From Mobula hypostoma (taxonomy: Eukaryota): 64,000 nt of DNA. Positions 27,140 to 40,094 of the stretch are shown in pieces (positions within the stretch are counted from its first letter, which is position 1; each line of letters starts with the position of its first letter). The DNA lies in assembly GCF_963921235.1 (NCBI RefSeq), contig NC_086108.1, positions 52,082,001 to 52,146,000 on the forward strand, in the 5' to 3' direction. The notes under the pieces were generated by a model. That model did no database searches, was not told the origin of the DNA, and was given only the letters and a program-made list of their open reading frames with translations. The position numbers and the translations under genes were made by a program.

Positions 27140-28170
27140 CCATGGTTTTGTCCATGGGAGCTCATTTCATGAGTTAGATTGAGCTATTTGAGGAAGTGAC
27201 AAAGATGATTGATGAGGGTAGGACAGTGGATGTTGTCTAAATCAACTTATGCAAAGTACTTGACAAGAACCCTCCTTGTACGCTGGTCCAGAGGATTAAG
27301 TCATATGGAATCCACAGTGATACAAAATTAGTTTGGTCACTACCACTACCTGAACAACTGTAACATAACATCTGAACTTCTATACTCAGAGCCATGACTA
27401 ATGAAGGTCAGTGTGCCAAAGGCCGCCTTCTCCTTTCTGTTTTCCTGCAAAACCACTTCCAGGGAACTGTGTACTTGAACTCGAGGTCCCTCTGTTTAAT
27501 CCAAACAAGTGTGAGGTATTGCATTTTGAGAGTTCAAATGCAAGAATAAAGTATACAGTAAATGGCAGGACTCTTATTCTCATCGATATACAGAGGGATA
27601 TTAGGCTGCAAAGTCAGAGCTCCCTGAAAGTTGTAACAAGGGATAGGGTGATAAAGAAGGCATATGACACACTTGCCTCCATCATTCAGGGTGCTGAGTA
27701 TAAAAGTTGGAAAGTCATGTTGCAGCTGCATTTAACATTTAATGTATTATATACAGTTCTAATTGCTACACTGTTAGAAAGATGTGGAGGCTTTGGAGAA
27801 GATGTACGAGACGTCGTCTGAAGTGGCAAGTTTTAACTATGAGAGAAGTTTATCAAACTTAGATTGGTTTCACTGGGGGAAAAATGAAACAAATTTATAA
27901 GATTATGAGAGGCATAGATAGGGTAGATCAGTTGCAAATTTCTTTTGTAAACAGTGAGTTGTAGGTGCCTGGAACTTGCCAGTTGAGGTCATAGAAGCAA
28001 ACATAATAGTGGTGTTTATGTGGCACTTGGACTAACTCATGAAGTGGCAGAAAATAGAGGGATATGGACCATGTGTGGATAGACAGGATTTGTATAAACT
28101 GGTATCGTAGTTGGCACAGACGTGGTAGGCCAAAGAGCCTGCTCCTGCACTGTACTGCTATATTCCTGTG
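27140..28170 (+). mobile_element. CR1 LINE fragments containing an inverted CR1 segment (about 27340-27497)
   Basis: FEEVTKMIDEGRTVDVV, FNPNKCEVLHF and GAEYKSWKVMLQL remnants; 3' end gtggtaggccaaagagcctg. Confidence 0.8.
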
Positions 28171-30247
28171 TAGTTGAGTTTAATGGGTTTGGGGAAAGTG
28201 AACTAAGAACAATTTTTTGACAGAGTAGAGACCAAGTTAAGTGACAGAAGTGCAGTTGATGACATCTGAGAGAAGATGATGAATGTTTGTAAATCATTAT
28301 TGGTCTTATTGGAGTTGTGTAAATAGCGAGAGTTGAGTGAGTGCATTAGAAAGAATTTTAAATAATACTGGAGCTGTGAGATGCTGTGCACAGTAGTTGC
28401 TGAAAATCTGAAATTTAAAAAAATTCTGGAATTTCTCATCAGATCGGGTAGCATTTCTGTGGCAGTGCTGACAGCATTTATATCATCTCATAAATCTTGT
28501 CTTTGCCGTCACCAATATTCCCATCATTCTCTCCAATCCTCCCTTCCCTGTAAACTAAGACTGTAAAAGTAAAAAAAGAAATATGCATTTTAGTGTAGCA
28601 CATTCCAGAGATAGTCAGTGTGGAAGAAAGGCACAGTACCACTGCTTTACATATTTATCACTTTCTGTAATAAAGCATCATTGCTGGTTGTTTGAATGAT
28701 TGACTTTTTTTTCCCATTGCCTGTGAGAATGAATAAGGGACAAGAAAGAGGCTATGACAAAACTAACTTCAGTACAAGTTTAATAATGTTTATGGTCAGG
28801 TTGTTCTGTCATGTAGTGTGCTTCTTAGAACTGAGTTTAATGTTCTTTCCTGTATTTTATTCATTTTTTAAACTTTTAATATTCCTAGTATAATCTATCA
28901 TATAAATATAATTATTTACAAGACGTTTTTATATAATTTTCCACCTGTCTAGTCTTTGTCATTTGAAGGTTTTTGCTTCTTTATCTACAGGTGTCAGGAC
29001 TATTGATTGATCTACTGAAGGGGCCATTCACATATTAGGTTTAACTAAGTTCTAAATTACTGAGTTGTTTACTTTGGGACTGCAATAAAATGACTCAATG
29101 TGCGCTGTCCTTGAAAGAACAGTAACACTTGGCTGTTCAGCTGCAAGGTTATTGCAGCTGAGTAGGATCGTGCTCTTCCCCAATTTCCACTTCCAGTAGT
29201 CCAAAGAAAATAAACCTTCCATTTTCCATTTAACATACTTCTGATGTCATCAAACACTCTTCATGCTTGCCGCTGTAGTCTCCAAGGGCAGTAATATCCT
29301 AACTTCAAGGTGGCCTGAAATGTATACTCACATCATTAATTCACACTTTCACTAAACAGATTAATCTGTGGATTTGCTAAACCATATGCTATTAGAACTT
29401 AACACCTGAAAAAATAATTTCAATGAATTCCAAATGTTTAAAAGAACATCCGAAGCATTTAAAAAAGAACATTCTAAAATTATATATAAACCTTACATCA
29501 ACTAAAACAGTAATCAGAACTAAACATAAAACATTCTTATCTAGAAACTCCTTATCTAGAAACTCTGTAAAAAAAAAATCTTGATGTTGCAAAGCTTAAC
29601 TGGAATACAGCAATATTGCAACATTTCTGGGAAGCTTGGTGTCTTTCTGGGAAATGTCACCCCAGACTTTTCAGTGGGAACTTCATTTGTGCTGGTGCCC
29701 ATTTTCCAGCATAAGGCTCTCACAATGACATCAACACTAATGCAGAAGTTTCTGCAGAATGATTTTCAGCCTCACAGATAGATCTGAAAAATGACATGTC
29801 ATTTACTCTCAGGACAGCCAGCCTTCATTAAACCTGTTTGTCCTGAAGCAAAAGCTATTTAAGAGTGCTGTTACTGAGAACTCCATACAGGCTAATGTAT
29901 ATGCCTCGACTACATTGTTTGTGAAGCTCATGTTTACAGTCCCACTCAGCTTCCTGGCCTCAGAATCATTCCCAGCTGCTGCTGTCCATTTCTGCCACAG
30001 TTTAGAATCTTTTCACTCACTCATGCGTTAGGAAACTCACCTAAACTTCACAGTTAAGGGAAGAAATCATTCAAATGCTTTTAGTTCAGCCTAAAACAGC
30101 AAGCAGAAAGTTCAAGGGACTTTCCTGACTTGGAGACTTCCACAAATTACAGGTATTCATAAACTACAGTCACACAGTATTTTTCTTGCAGTAGTGCTTG
30201 CCTGCAGACCCAGAATGTCACTGTGGCCCCATGTATGGAATGCCTCC

Positions 30248-33200
30248 TCAGAATCAGAATCAGGTTTAATATCACTGGCAGATGTCATGAAATTTGTTGT
30301 TTTGCCGTAGCAATATATTGCAATACATAATTTAAAAACTATAAATTACAATATATACTTCCTATAAAAAGTATTCACCTCCCTTGGAAGTATTCATGTT
30401 TCATTGTTTACAACATTGAATCACAATGGATTTATTTTGACTTTTTTGACACTGATCAACACAAAAATACTCTTTCATGTCAAAGTGGAAACATCTCTAC
30501 AAAGTGATCTAAATTAATTACAAATATAGAACACAAAATAATTGATTGCATAAGCGTTCACCCCCTTCAAGTCAGTATTTAGTAGATTCATCTTTGGCAG
30601 CAATTACAGCTTTGAGTCTGTGTGGATAGTTCTCTATCCATTTTGCACATCTGGACACTGCAATTTTTCCCCATTCTCCTTTACAAAACTGCTCAAGCTC
30701 TGTCAGATTGCATGGGGATCATGAGTGAACAACACTTTTCAAGTCCATCCACAAATTCTCAATTGGATTGAGGTCTGGACTTTGACTTGGCCACTCCAGG
30801 ACATTAACCTTGTTGTTTTTAAACCATTCCTGTGTAGCTTTGGCTTTATGCTTGGGGTCATTGTCTTGCTGGAAAACAAATGTTCTCCCAAGTCGCAATT
30901 CTCTTGCACACTGCATCATTTTCCTCCAGGATTTCTCTGTATTTTGCTGCATTCATTTTACCCTCTACCTTCACAAGCCTTCCAGGGCCTGCTGCAGTGA
31001 AGCAGCCCCACAGCATGATGCAGCCACCACCATGCTTCACTGTAAGGATGGTGTGTTTTTGATGATGTGTGGTGTTTGGATTATGCCAAATATAGCATTT
31101 GTTATGATGGCCAAAAAGCTCAATTTTGGTTTCTTCAGACCATAGAACCTTCTTCCAGCTGACTTTAGAGTGTCCCAAGTGCCTTCTGGTAAACTCTTGC
31201 TAGGGTTTCATGTGAATTTTTTCAGCAGTGGTTTTCTCTTTGCCACTCTCCAATAAAGCTACGAATGGTGAAGCACCCGGGCAACAGTTGTTGTACGTGC
31301 AGTCTCTCCCATCTAAGCCACTGAAGCTTGTAACCCTTCCAGAGCTGTCGTAGGTATGTTGGTGGCCTTCCTCACTAGTGCCATTCTCGCACGGTCACTC
31401 AGTTTTTGAGGACTGCCTGCTCTAGGCAAATTTACAACTGTGTCATATTCTTTCCATTTCTTAATGTACTCCAAGGGATATTCAGTGACTTGGAAATTCT
31501 CTTGTATCCATCTCTTGACTTGTGCTTTTCAATAATCTTTTTGCAGAGTTAGTTAGAGTGTTCTTTTGTCTTCATGGTGTAGCTTTTGCCAGGATATTAA
31601 CTCACCATCAGTTGGACCTTCCAGATACAGGTGTATTTTTATCATAAACAGTTAAAATACCTTGACTGCACATGGTGATCTCCATTTAACTAATTATGTG
31701 AATTCTACAATTAATTGGCTGCACCAGTCCTGATTTGGTGTATCACACTAAAGGTGGTGAATACTTATGCAATCAATTATTTTGTGATTTATATTTGTAA
31801 TTAATTTAAATCACTTTGTAGAGATCGGTTTTTATTTTGACATGAAAGAGTATTTGTCTGTTGACCAGTGTCAAAAAAGCCAAACTAAATCCACTGTGTT
31901 TCAGTGTTGTAGAACAATAAACCATGAAGGCTTCCAAGGTGGGGTGGGGGGGTCATGGATTCATTGTCCATTCAGAAATCTAATGGCAGTGAGGAAGAAG
32001 CTGCCATTAGAAACATTGAGTATGTGCCTTCAGGCTCCTGTGCCTCCTTCTTGATGGTAGCAATGAGAAGAGGACATGTCTTGGATGATGGGGTCCTTAA
32101 TGATGGATGCTGCCTTTTTGAAGTATCGCCTTTTGAGAATGCTGGGAGGCTAGTGCCCATGATATAGCTGGCTGAGTTTCTGCAGTTTTTTTCCAATCCT
32201 ATGTAGTGGTACCTGCATGCCAGATGGTGTTGCAACAATCTCCATGGTGTATCGATAGAAATTTGCGAGTATCATTGGTGACATACCAAGTCTCCTCAAA
32301 CTCATAATGAAATACAGTCGCTGTTGTGCCTTCTTTGTAATGCGTCAATATGTTGGGACCAGGATAGACCTTCAGGGTAGATGTTGAAACATAGTAACTT
32401 GAAACCGCTCCCCCTTTCCATTGCAGATTCCTCAATGAGGACGGGTGTGTGTTTCTTTCCTGAGTTCCACAATCAATTCCTTGGTCTTACTGATATTGAA
32501 TGCAAGGCTGTTGAAACACCACACTACCAGCTGAACTGGTGCTGCAGCCTTTAGTCTAGGAATAGAAGTACAGCCAGGTGATTAGACTTTTCAAAGTGTG
32601 GATGTGGGATAGCACGGTAAGCATTCTTGATGATGATGTATCAGTGGTCAAGTGCGTTGGCTCCTCTAGTTCCACAAGTGATATATTGGTTGTAGTTGTT
32701 CAGGGACTTCTTCAAGCTGGCCTGTTTGAAATCACCTGCAATGATAGGGAAGGCAACAGGGTATACTGTTTTGTGACTGCTGATCATGATGCTCAGCTTC
32801 TCTAGTGCCTGCCTGATGTTGGCCTGGGGTGGAATGTACATTGCTACCAGAATGGTGGCAGAAAACTCCCTTGGCAGATAAAAAGGATGACATTTGACCG
32901 CTAGATGTTCCAGGTCAGGTGAGCAGGACTGAGGCAATTGTCATGTCTGTGTACAAAGATGAGTTAATCATAAAGCACACTCCACCTTCTCTACCATTGA
33001 AAGATGGAGCTGACCTGTATTTGCAGAGAATGGTGAAGCCATCGGGCTGCTGTGTTGCTTCTAAAATGGTGGGCGATAGCCATATTTCCATGTAGCAGAG
33101 TACATAGCAGTCCCTGATGCCTCTCTGGTCCAGCAATCTTGCTCTGAGGTCTTCAATTTTGTCTACAGAGACTGTACATTCACCAGTAGGATAGTTGGGA

Positions 33201-33420
33201 GTGGGGAGGGGAGGGGCAGAGGTAGTTCGAAGCCCCTGGCATTTCAATCATATGTAGACCAGCGCTTCTATTTTCTTAAAGGGGAACTGCACTTGCGACT
33301 AATTTCTAGTTTCCAAGGTTCGTCGATTTTGAGTATTGATAGATTTTTTAAACGTCTTAAAGCAATGCTGATTACTGACGTATGCATATCTGTGACTGTG
33401 GATTTCAGCTAGGCCTAAAT
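30248..33420 (-). mobile_element. Internally deleted Rex1/Babar LINE (APE endonuclease joined to ORF C-terminus), interrupted by Tc1
   Basis: Endonuclease remnants SPDLEHLAVKCHPFYLPREFS...YIPPQAN...IIAGDF (32641-32937) and DKIEDLRARL; C-terminal remnants at 31952-32540; (cagaat)n tail at about 30249-30263. Confidence 0.85.
30357..31946 (-). mobile_element. Tc1-like DD34E DNA transposon with about 200-bp inverted repeats; transposase pseudogene
   Basis: [35 protein letters not shown] and [15 protein letters not shown] in two frames; 30361-30568 is the inverted repeat of 31751-31946. Confidence 0.95.
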
Positions 33421-33649
33421 GGGAATATTTGATTATTCCCATTGGAACTTCATGCAAAGAGTCACCATTTGTCAGTGCCCTCTTAGTGTGCTCTTAATCT
33501 TGTGTACTGTTAATCTCTAACCTATCCAGAACCTGTGGCCTAATTCATCACAACTTCCATCATTGCAGCATTTATCCTGAGCTCTAGGATGAGAAGAAAT
33601 TACTGAGTAGATAGAGAAAATTATTAAATTCTGTGCAACATCCCCACCA

Positions 33650-33882
33650 ACTCCTAGGAATCTCTGACTCAACATCAAGAAGGGGAATTTGGGATGCTGC
33701 TGAGCACCTCAAGACAATCCATCTGGAGAACATGAAGCCATGCATAAGTGGTAGAAGGAGCACACTACTTCCCAAGCTCCCACCTCATTTGTGGACAGAT
33801 CTGCAGTACCCACCTCAGAACAGAAAAACCAGAATGAAAGCAAGGCATTCTTGATCCTGAGAGGTTACCCAAGAAGAAGACA
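33650..33882 (+). mobile_element. RTE LINE 3' end remnant
   Basis: gatgctgctgagcacctc...cacctcagaac...gcaaggcattcttgatcctgagagg...aagaagaaga tail. Confidence 0.55.
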
Positions 33883-34202
33883 TTCTGCAAACAATATTCC
33901 TCCCACCTGCTAGAAGGGTATTTTTATCGTGTTGAGTCTCTTTAGCAGTTGGCTGCTGAGGTCACAAAGGCAAGAAGAGGAGTCAGCAGCTGTGTGAAGT
34001 TGTAGTTGATTAGTCGAACAGTGAACTGAACGTGACACAGTGCATTCTTACAACCTGACTAACCCTGATAACACTATACTAAAAATTTTGTAATAAAAGA
34101 TCATAATCTTCATCTGACTTTTGAAAATATCAGGGTGATGCACAAAGTAATTTTAACACCATAAAATGAAGTAAAGCTATTTCTAGGCCTCCTATGATTC
34201 TT

Positions 34203-34503
34203 GGTGTGTGGCCAAGTGGTTAAGGCATTTGTCTAGTGATTTGAAGGTCGCTAGCTCGAGCCTTGGCTGAGGCAGCGTGTGTGTCCTTGAGCAAGGCACT
34301 TAACCACACATTGCTCTGCGACGACACCGGTGCCAGGCTGTATGGGTCCTAATGTCCTTCCCTTGGGCAACATCAGTGGCGTGAAGAGGGGAGACTTGTA
34401 GCATGGGCAACTGCTGGTCTTCCATACAACCTTGCCCAGGCCTGCGCCCTGGAAACCTTCCAAGGCGCAAATCCATGGTCTCATGAGACTAACGGTTGCC
34501 TAT
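34203..34503 (+). mobile_element. tRNA-derived SINE
   Basis: Pol III A box tggccaagtggttaagg and B-box-like gctcgagcc, followed by gtgtccttgagcaaggcacttaacc; GC-rich relative to flanks. Confidence 0.8.
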
Positions 34504-34749
34504 ATGTAATTCTTACAATGTCCATAAAAGACCTAATTGGTTAAATTTCATTTTACTATTTATTCACTTCTTTTAAGATCAGACACACATAATGTCAGCA
34601 TTTATTGCCCATCTTTAATTGCCCTTAAACAGAGTCCCCTGCTAAGCTGTTTGAGATGACATTTAATCAACAGAACAGGTGCTAACATTGAGTATAGGGA
34701 TTACAATGTATAATTAACTCAAGACCATTGAGTCCAATCCAGCCAACAT

Positions 34750-36790
34750 GCACACAGGATACTGACTACTAACGTACCTACTAATAGACAACATTACCTG
34801 ATTACACTTCCTTCAATCTTGCCTTCCGTAAGAATTCCATTTCACTTTTCCAGTTTCTGTCTACCATACTTTTTATCAACAATTTTATTTTCCATACCAG
34901 CACTTCCAATATATATTTCTAACTCCTCAACTGTCACTTCACACCACTGCTGTTGACATGACTCTCAACTGATTCAAGATTTTTCAAGATTCAAAGATTC
35001 AAAAAACTTTATTGTCATTCTAACCATACATCAGCTCTGCAGGGCAGAACGAGACAGCGTTTCTCAGGAGCATAACATAACAAACGCAATACTAAATAAT
35101 AAACATAACAATAAATAGTAAAACACAACAGCCACATGTCAGTTAAAATCAAGTTATAAGTGTCCAGTGCAAGTTAAAAGTGTCCAAAGCAGAGTCAGGT
35201 ACAGCAGCTATTTAGCAGTCTGACTGCCTGTGGGAGGAAGCTGTTTAGTAGCCTTGTGGTTTTAGTTTTGATGCTCCTGTAATGTTTGCCTGATGGCAAG
35301 AGAACAAACAGTTCATGGAGAGGGTGTGAGGGGTCTTTAATGATGTACCGTGTCTTCTGGAGGCATCGACTCTGAAAAAGGTCTTGGACAGAAGGTAGGG
35401 AGACCCCAATAACCTTCTCTGCTCCCCTAACCACCCTCTGCAAGGCTTTTTTGTTGACAACACTGCAGCTGGAGTGCCAGGTTGTGATGCAAAAGGTCAG
35501 CACACTCTCAACCACGCCTCTGTAGAATGTAGTTAAGATGTTAGTGGGGAGTGATGCTTGTTTAAGCTTCCTCAGAAAGTGTAATCTCTGCTGGGCCCTT
35601 TTCACAATCCCAGTGGTGTTCCTGGACCAGGTGAGATTGTCCGAGATCTGCACCCCAAGGAACTTGGTGTTTTCCACTCTCTCCACTGTGGAGCCGCTGA
35701 TGCTGAGGGGTGTGTGCTCAGGCTGAGACCGTCTGAAATCGACGATCATCTCCTTGGTTTTGGTGACATTAAGCATCAAGTTGTTATCCCTGCACCAGCT
35801 CTCTAGGTGTTTGACCTCCTCCCTGTACATTGTTTCATCATTTTATTTTCTATTCCATTTCCAGAACTTCTGCACTCATCCTCACTCCTATCACCCAGAA
35901 AATAAGGATGGTTCTTCTTCTATTACAAGTTTGCTCCTTCAACGGATAAGTCATTTGTGACACCTTCAAACTGATGCCAGCATCAAGCATACCATCTCCT
36001 GCCCTTCCAGCATTGTTTCTATAACATGCTAAGCCCAGTCTTTTTCCTCCACCAATACCTACGCCCTTTCTCATGGCACATCACCATATGCAGTAACTAT
36101 AAGAGATGCAACCCCTACTATTTTACCTCTGTCATCCTGTCCGAGCACCAAAGGTTCCTTCCAGATAAACCTACAATTTACTTGTATTTCTTCCTCTTTA
36201 CTGCATTTGGTACTTATGATGTGATCTCTTCTGCATTAGGAAAACCAAATGCAAATTGTGTAATCATCTTTGCAGAACACTGCCTTTTGACTGCAAGGGT
36301 AACCGTGTGCTTCCTGTTGCCAGTCACTTTGATTCCTCATTCCACTTCCACTTTGACCTCTCTGACTTTGTCCTCCTATAATGGTCCAAGTTCAAGGAAC
36401 AGGTCCTTATATTTGGACATGATACAATACAGCCTTCAGGATGTGACATGAAGTTTAACAGTTTCAGATAATTAGCCATTTCAGTCTTGGATTTCAGAGT
36501 TCTTTATCCTCTACCCCTCAAAGGTTCAGATTTCATTCACCTCCTCCTCATTGCACTTTCACCTTCCTTTACATGTCCCAACGCCACCACTGCCTGATCT
36601 CCAGCCTACCATAGATCTTCTCTTTTACTTTTTTCACTCTCCCCACATCTCTCTGGAATTGAAAATGTGTTTTGATTCTGTCTTTTTCTTGTTGCCATGA
36701 AAGCCAATCAACTTGGAACACTAATACTGCATCTATCTCCACAGTTGCTGTCTGATCATTTGAGTATTTTCACCAGTTTTTTGTTTCTAC
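34750..36790 (+). mobile_element. Old Neptune-like Penelope element split by a Rex1/Babar insertion
   Basis: 34750-34970 resembles the KPTD..YLDYTSS..CK.SIPFSQF region; 35850-36790 continues through the GIY-YIG region and 3' end. Confidence 0.65.
34971..35838 (-). mobile_element. Young 5'-truncated Rex1/Babar LINE with an intact 211-aa C-terminal ORF
   Basis: ORF 35195-35830 (WCRDNNLMLNVTKTKEMIVDFRR...AQQRLHFLRKL...LLPSGKHYRSIK...SFLPQAVRLLN); short tandem tail (gattcaaa)n. Confidence 0.93.
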
Positions 36791-38394
36791 TTTAAAAAGA
36801 GTCCAAATTCTGTGTTTGGTTTGAGCTAAGTTACAGAACTCAACCAGGCAGATATTGTTTAAGAAAGCACTTACTTCTAATAATATCTCTCTATCATTTT
36901 AGGGTTTGTCTCCTGATTGGCATCCACTGGGAAGGGGAGATCAGATGAGAACACACCCATTTACTTTGGCCACACAACCACAAATGGGGCCATTCACACA
37001 ATTTCCCTCCCTCATTGGAACATACCAGCCTGAAAATCTAAAACTCCTTCTTTTAATCAGTACAAGTGAAATTTCTTGGTATGAAGAGTCCTTGATCTTG
37101 AACCCTTTTGCATCAATGAGCATGTTCAGTGTAGGCATGCTGAGGCACAGCTCCATAATAAGGGCACTGTGAACTCCAATGCCAGGCTAAGGCCCAAGGT
37201 TTCTGCATCCCTGTGGGGTTTGTATCCATTTCATCTGAATTGTCACACTTGTCAGCCAGAATCACTGAACAGTTTCAAAGATTGTGACCTTCTGCCATAC
37301 ATAACACTTAGCCATGCCAACAAAGACCCATTTGTTAAATATTTATTTTCATAGTTCAGGATTCCAATTTTTGAAGTCATTTGGAATTCCTGTTAGTTTA
37401 GCAAGTTTCTAATATTTTTAATACACAAATTGTGCAGATAGACGCAGATTGTTTTTGATTTCCAATGTAAGTAAAGCCAGGCAGTTATCATCACCAATAA
37501 ATATTACTGGACCCTGAAATTGTGTTTGTTTCTCTTAACAGCTGCTTTACTAGGAAGACTGAACAGTACATTGTCGCCACTATAAATCCCCTCTAGCAAA
37601 TTACTCCATTCTGAACTCCTGATGTGTGTTTCTATATATAGTCCAGTATAGAGCTAGATTATATTATACAGATTCCAGGCAAATGCAACTTGATATAACC
37701 AGCTGTTTCCCCACTAAAACCAATGTCAAATGATAGAACAGTCTTAATACTTTTTTCAGAAGGCTTAAAGTGCAATGAAAACCTTCTTTACAATTTTCAT
37801 AAACTATTCATCTTCCATTATCATACTTACAGCAGTCTTGTCTTATTTCTTTGTTACAGAATACAGGGAGCCATGTACCAGCGTCAACTTGGATTTAAGA
37901 TTTCTCCTTTTAAGTGGAATATAGCTTTTCCTAATAATGCCTTAATTTTCTCCTTTCTTTTCTTAAAAACAGATGTGATTGTTTTCTGTTCCTGAATGCG
38001 AGGCATTCATCAGGAACAGCATTCAAATCTGATCTGGGTTTATTCCCTGAAGTCAGAGTGGATACGTTCCACCACAGTCACTAGATAGCAATAAGGAACA
38101 GGCATCCTGGCTGATATTTCCTTTCCCTAAGGCAAGTGGTGCTAAGGCCATCTGTAATAAACTGAGGTCAACTGACATGCCAGTGAGTTGGGATTAGGAA
38201 CATAGAAACAGCATTATGCCAGTTAGCCCTCAGGCTTAATCGGCCTTTCACTGAGATCTGCCTTGTCTGGCTAAAATCCATCCATCTAGTCTTATTAATT
38301 GAGATTAAATCTACTTTAAGAACTAAATTGTTTTGAAGCTGTTGAAAGACTAACAAAGATTATGACGATTTATGCTGGTCATAAAGTGCCTCAG

Positions 38395-39095
38395 CTCAGT
38401 AACATGCATTTCGGCCCATCTAGTCCATGCCTAACTGTTATTCTGCCTAGTCTCAATGACCCACACCTGCCCACCATACACCTACCATCCATGTACTTAT
38501 CCAGACTTCTCTTAAATATTGCAATGGAACTAGCATCCACCACTTCTGCTGGCAGCTCATTCCACACTTGCACCACCCACTGAGTGAAAAAGATCCCCCT
38601 CGGGTTCCCCTTAAATATTTTACCTTTGACCCTTAAACTATGACCCTAGTTCTATGTCACCCAATCTCAATGTAGAAAGCCTGCTGAAACCGATCCATAC
38701 CTCTCATTTTGTATGCCTGTATCAAATCTCCCCTCATTCTCCAATACTCCAGGGAATATAGTCCTAACCTATTCTATCCTTCCCTATAACTCACAAGTCC
38801 CAGCAACATTCTTGTAAACTTTCTTTATGCTTTTTTAATCTTATTAATACCTTTCCTATAGGGTGGTGACCAGAACTACACATAATACTCCAAATTTGGC
38901 CTCACCAATGTCTTATACAACTTCAATATAATATTCCAACTCCCGTACTCAATACATTGATTTATGAAGGCCAATGTGCCAACAGCTTCCTTTATGACAC
39001 TATCTACAGTACCTGTGATAGCACTTTCAATCTATATTCCCAGATCCTTTTGTTTGGCCATACTCCTTGGTGCCCTACAGTTCACTATGTAAGGT
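38395..39095 (-). mobile_element. CR1 LINE 3' fragment
   Basis: WNELPAEVVDASSIAIFKRSLDKYMD (ORF 38391-38576). Confidence 0.88.
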
Positions 39096-39777
39096 CCAAA
39101 TAATTGGAATATGATGTTAAAATCCAAGTTCTGTTTCTGCTTTGTTAGACAACTGTATCTTTTTTCTGATTCACACTCATTTGGAGAGAATGCCTTTTGC
39201 AGATGTCATAGAATAGAGACCATCTGTGGGCTGTTTGAAGAATGTTTTGGATAATGGAAGACTGACTTGGGAAATCAACTGGATCAAATACAGACAATCA
39301 GCAGAATGCATTTAAGTATAATCCCCATGCTGGTGACACTATGAATACTGTATACTGGTTATTCTCTTTTGATTAATTACTTTTAGCAACATCCTGGGTG
39401 TGTCAGGGATGGGCAGATAAGATAGTCAACCCTCTTCCTTTGACTATATTGTCAGTATTCGGTATATGACATCTGTGTTCCATTGCAACTCTCATTATTT
39501 CTAAGGGAAGGAAAGAATATGTTCAGGGTATATGCCTCACAGACATTCCTCCAGAGTTTTTACAGAGCTTTTTTAGTGAGTTGAAATCTCTCTCAATATT
39601 GACTCTGATCAGAAGAGATGCACATTTATGTCTGGGGTGACTGATCTTTAGAGGTGTGGCTATACCCACCTCCTGAAAATAATGTAGGAAAACATCACTT
39701 TCAAGACAGTGATCGGAAACAGCCATTGTCAGTAGTCTTTAAAGGAACCAAATGAATCTGGGACAGTGCCAGAGATT

Positions 39778-40094
39778 TAAAGATTAGATTTATTTGTCTC
39801 ATGTACGACACATTGAAATATTAAAACATGCAGTGAAATGCATCTTTTATGTCAACAATCAGCACATTCCAAGGATGTGCTTGGGGCAGCCTGTAAGTGT
39901 CGTAAGTGGCCACAATTTACTGACCTTAATCCATACACCTTTGGAATGTGGGAGGAAACGGGAGCACACGGGAGAATCCCACAAGGTCACAGGGAGGACG
40001 TACAAACTCCTTACAGAGTACGGTGGGAATTGAACCCCAATCTTCCATTTGCTGCTGCTATAAAGAGTTACGCTAACCACTACGCTATTGTGCC
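39778..40094 (-). mobile_element. V-SINE-type tRNA SINE
   Basis: Minus strand: A box tagcgtagtggttagcg, B box gggttcaattccc, V-domain-like gtttgtacgtcctccctgtgacc...ccgtttcctcccacattccaaag. Confidence 0.8.

Noticed and set aside
29535..29566. Short duplication ttatctagaaactc x2 (similar ones near 1856-1885 and 20135-20165)
   Set aside because: Two- or three-unit slippage duplications with no spacer structure; not CRISPR-like or otherwise informative.
29850..29985. Muscle enhancer suggested by gctatttaag and a cagctg E-box
   Set aside because: The MEF2 match is imperfect and such motifs are frequent by chance; unsupported without conservation data.
33633..33854. 73-aa + strand ORF as a cryptic exon
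   Set aside because: Better explained as an RTE 3' end with an (aag)n tail.
34203..34275. tRNA gene
   Set aside because: A and B boxes are present but there is no full cloverleaf or oligo-T terminator, and it continues into a SINE body.
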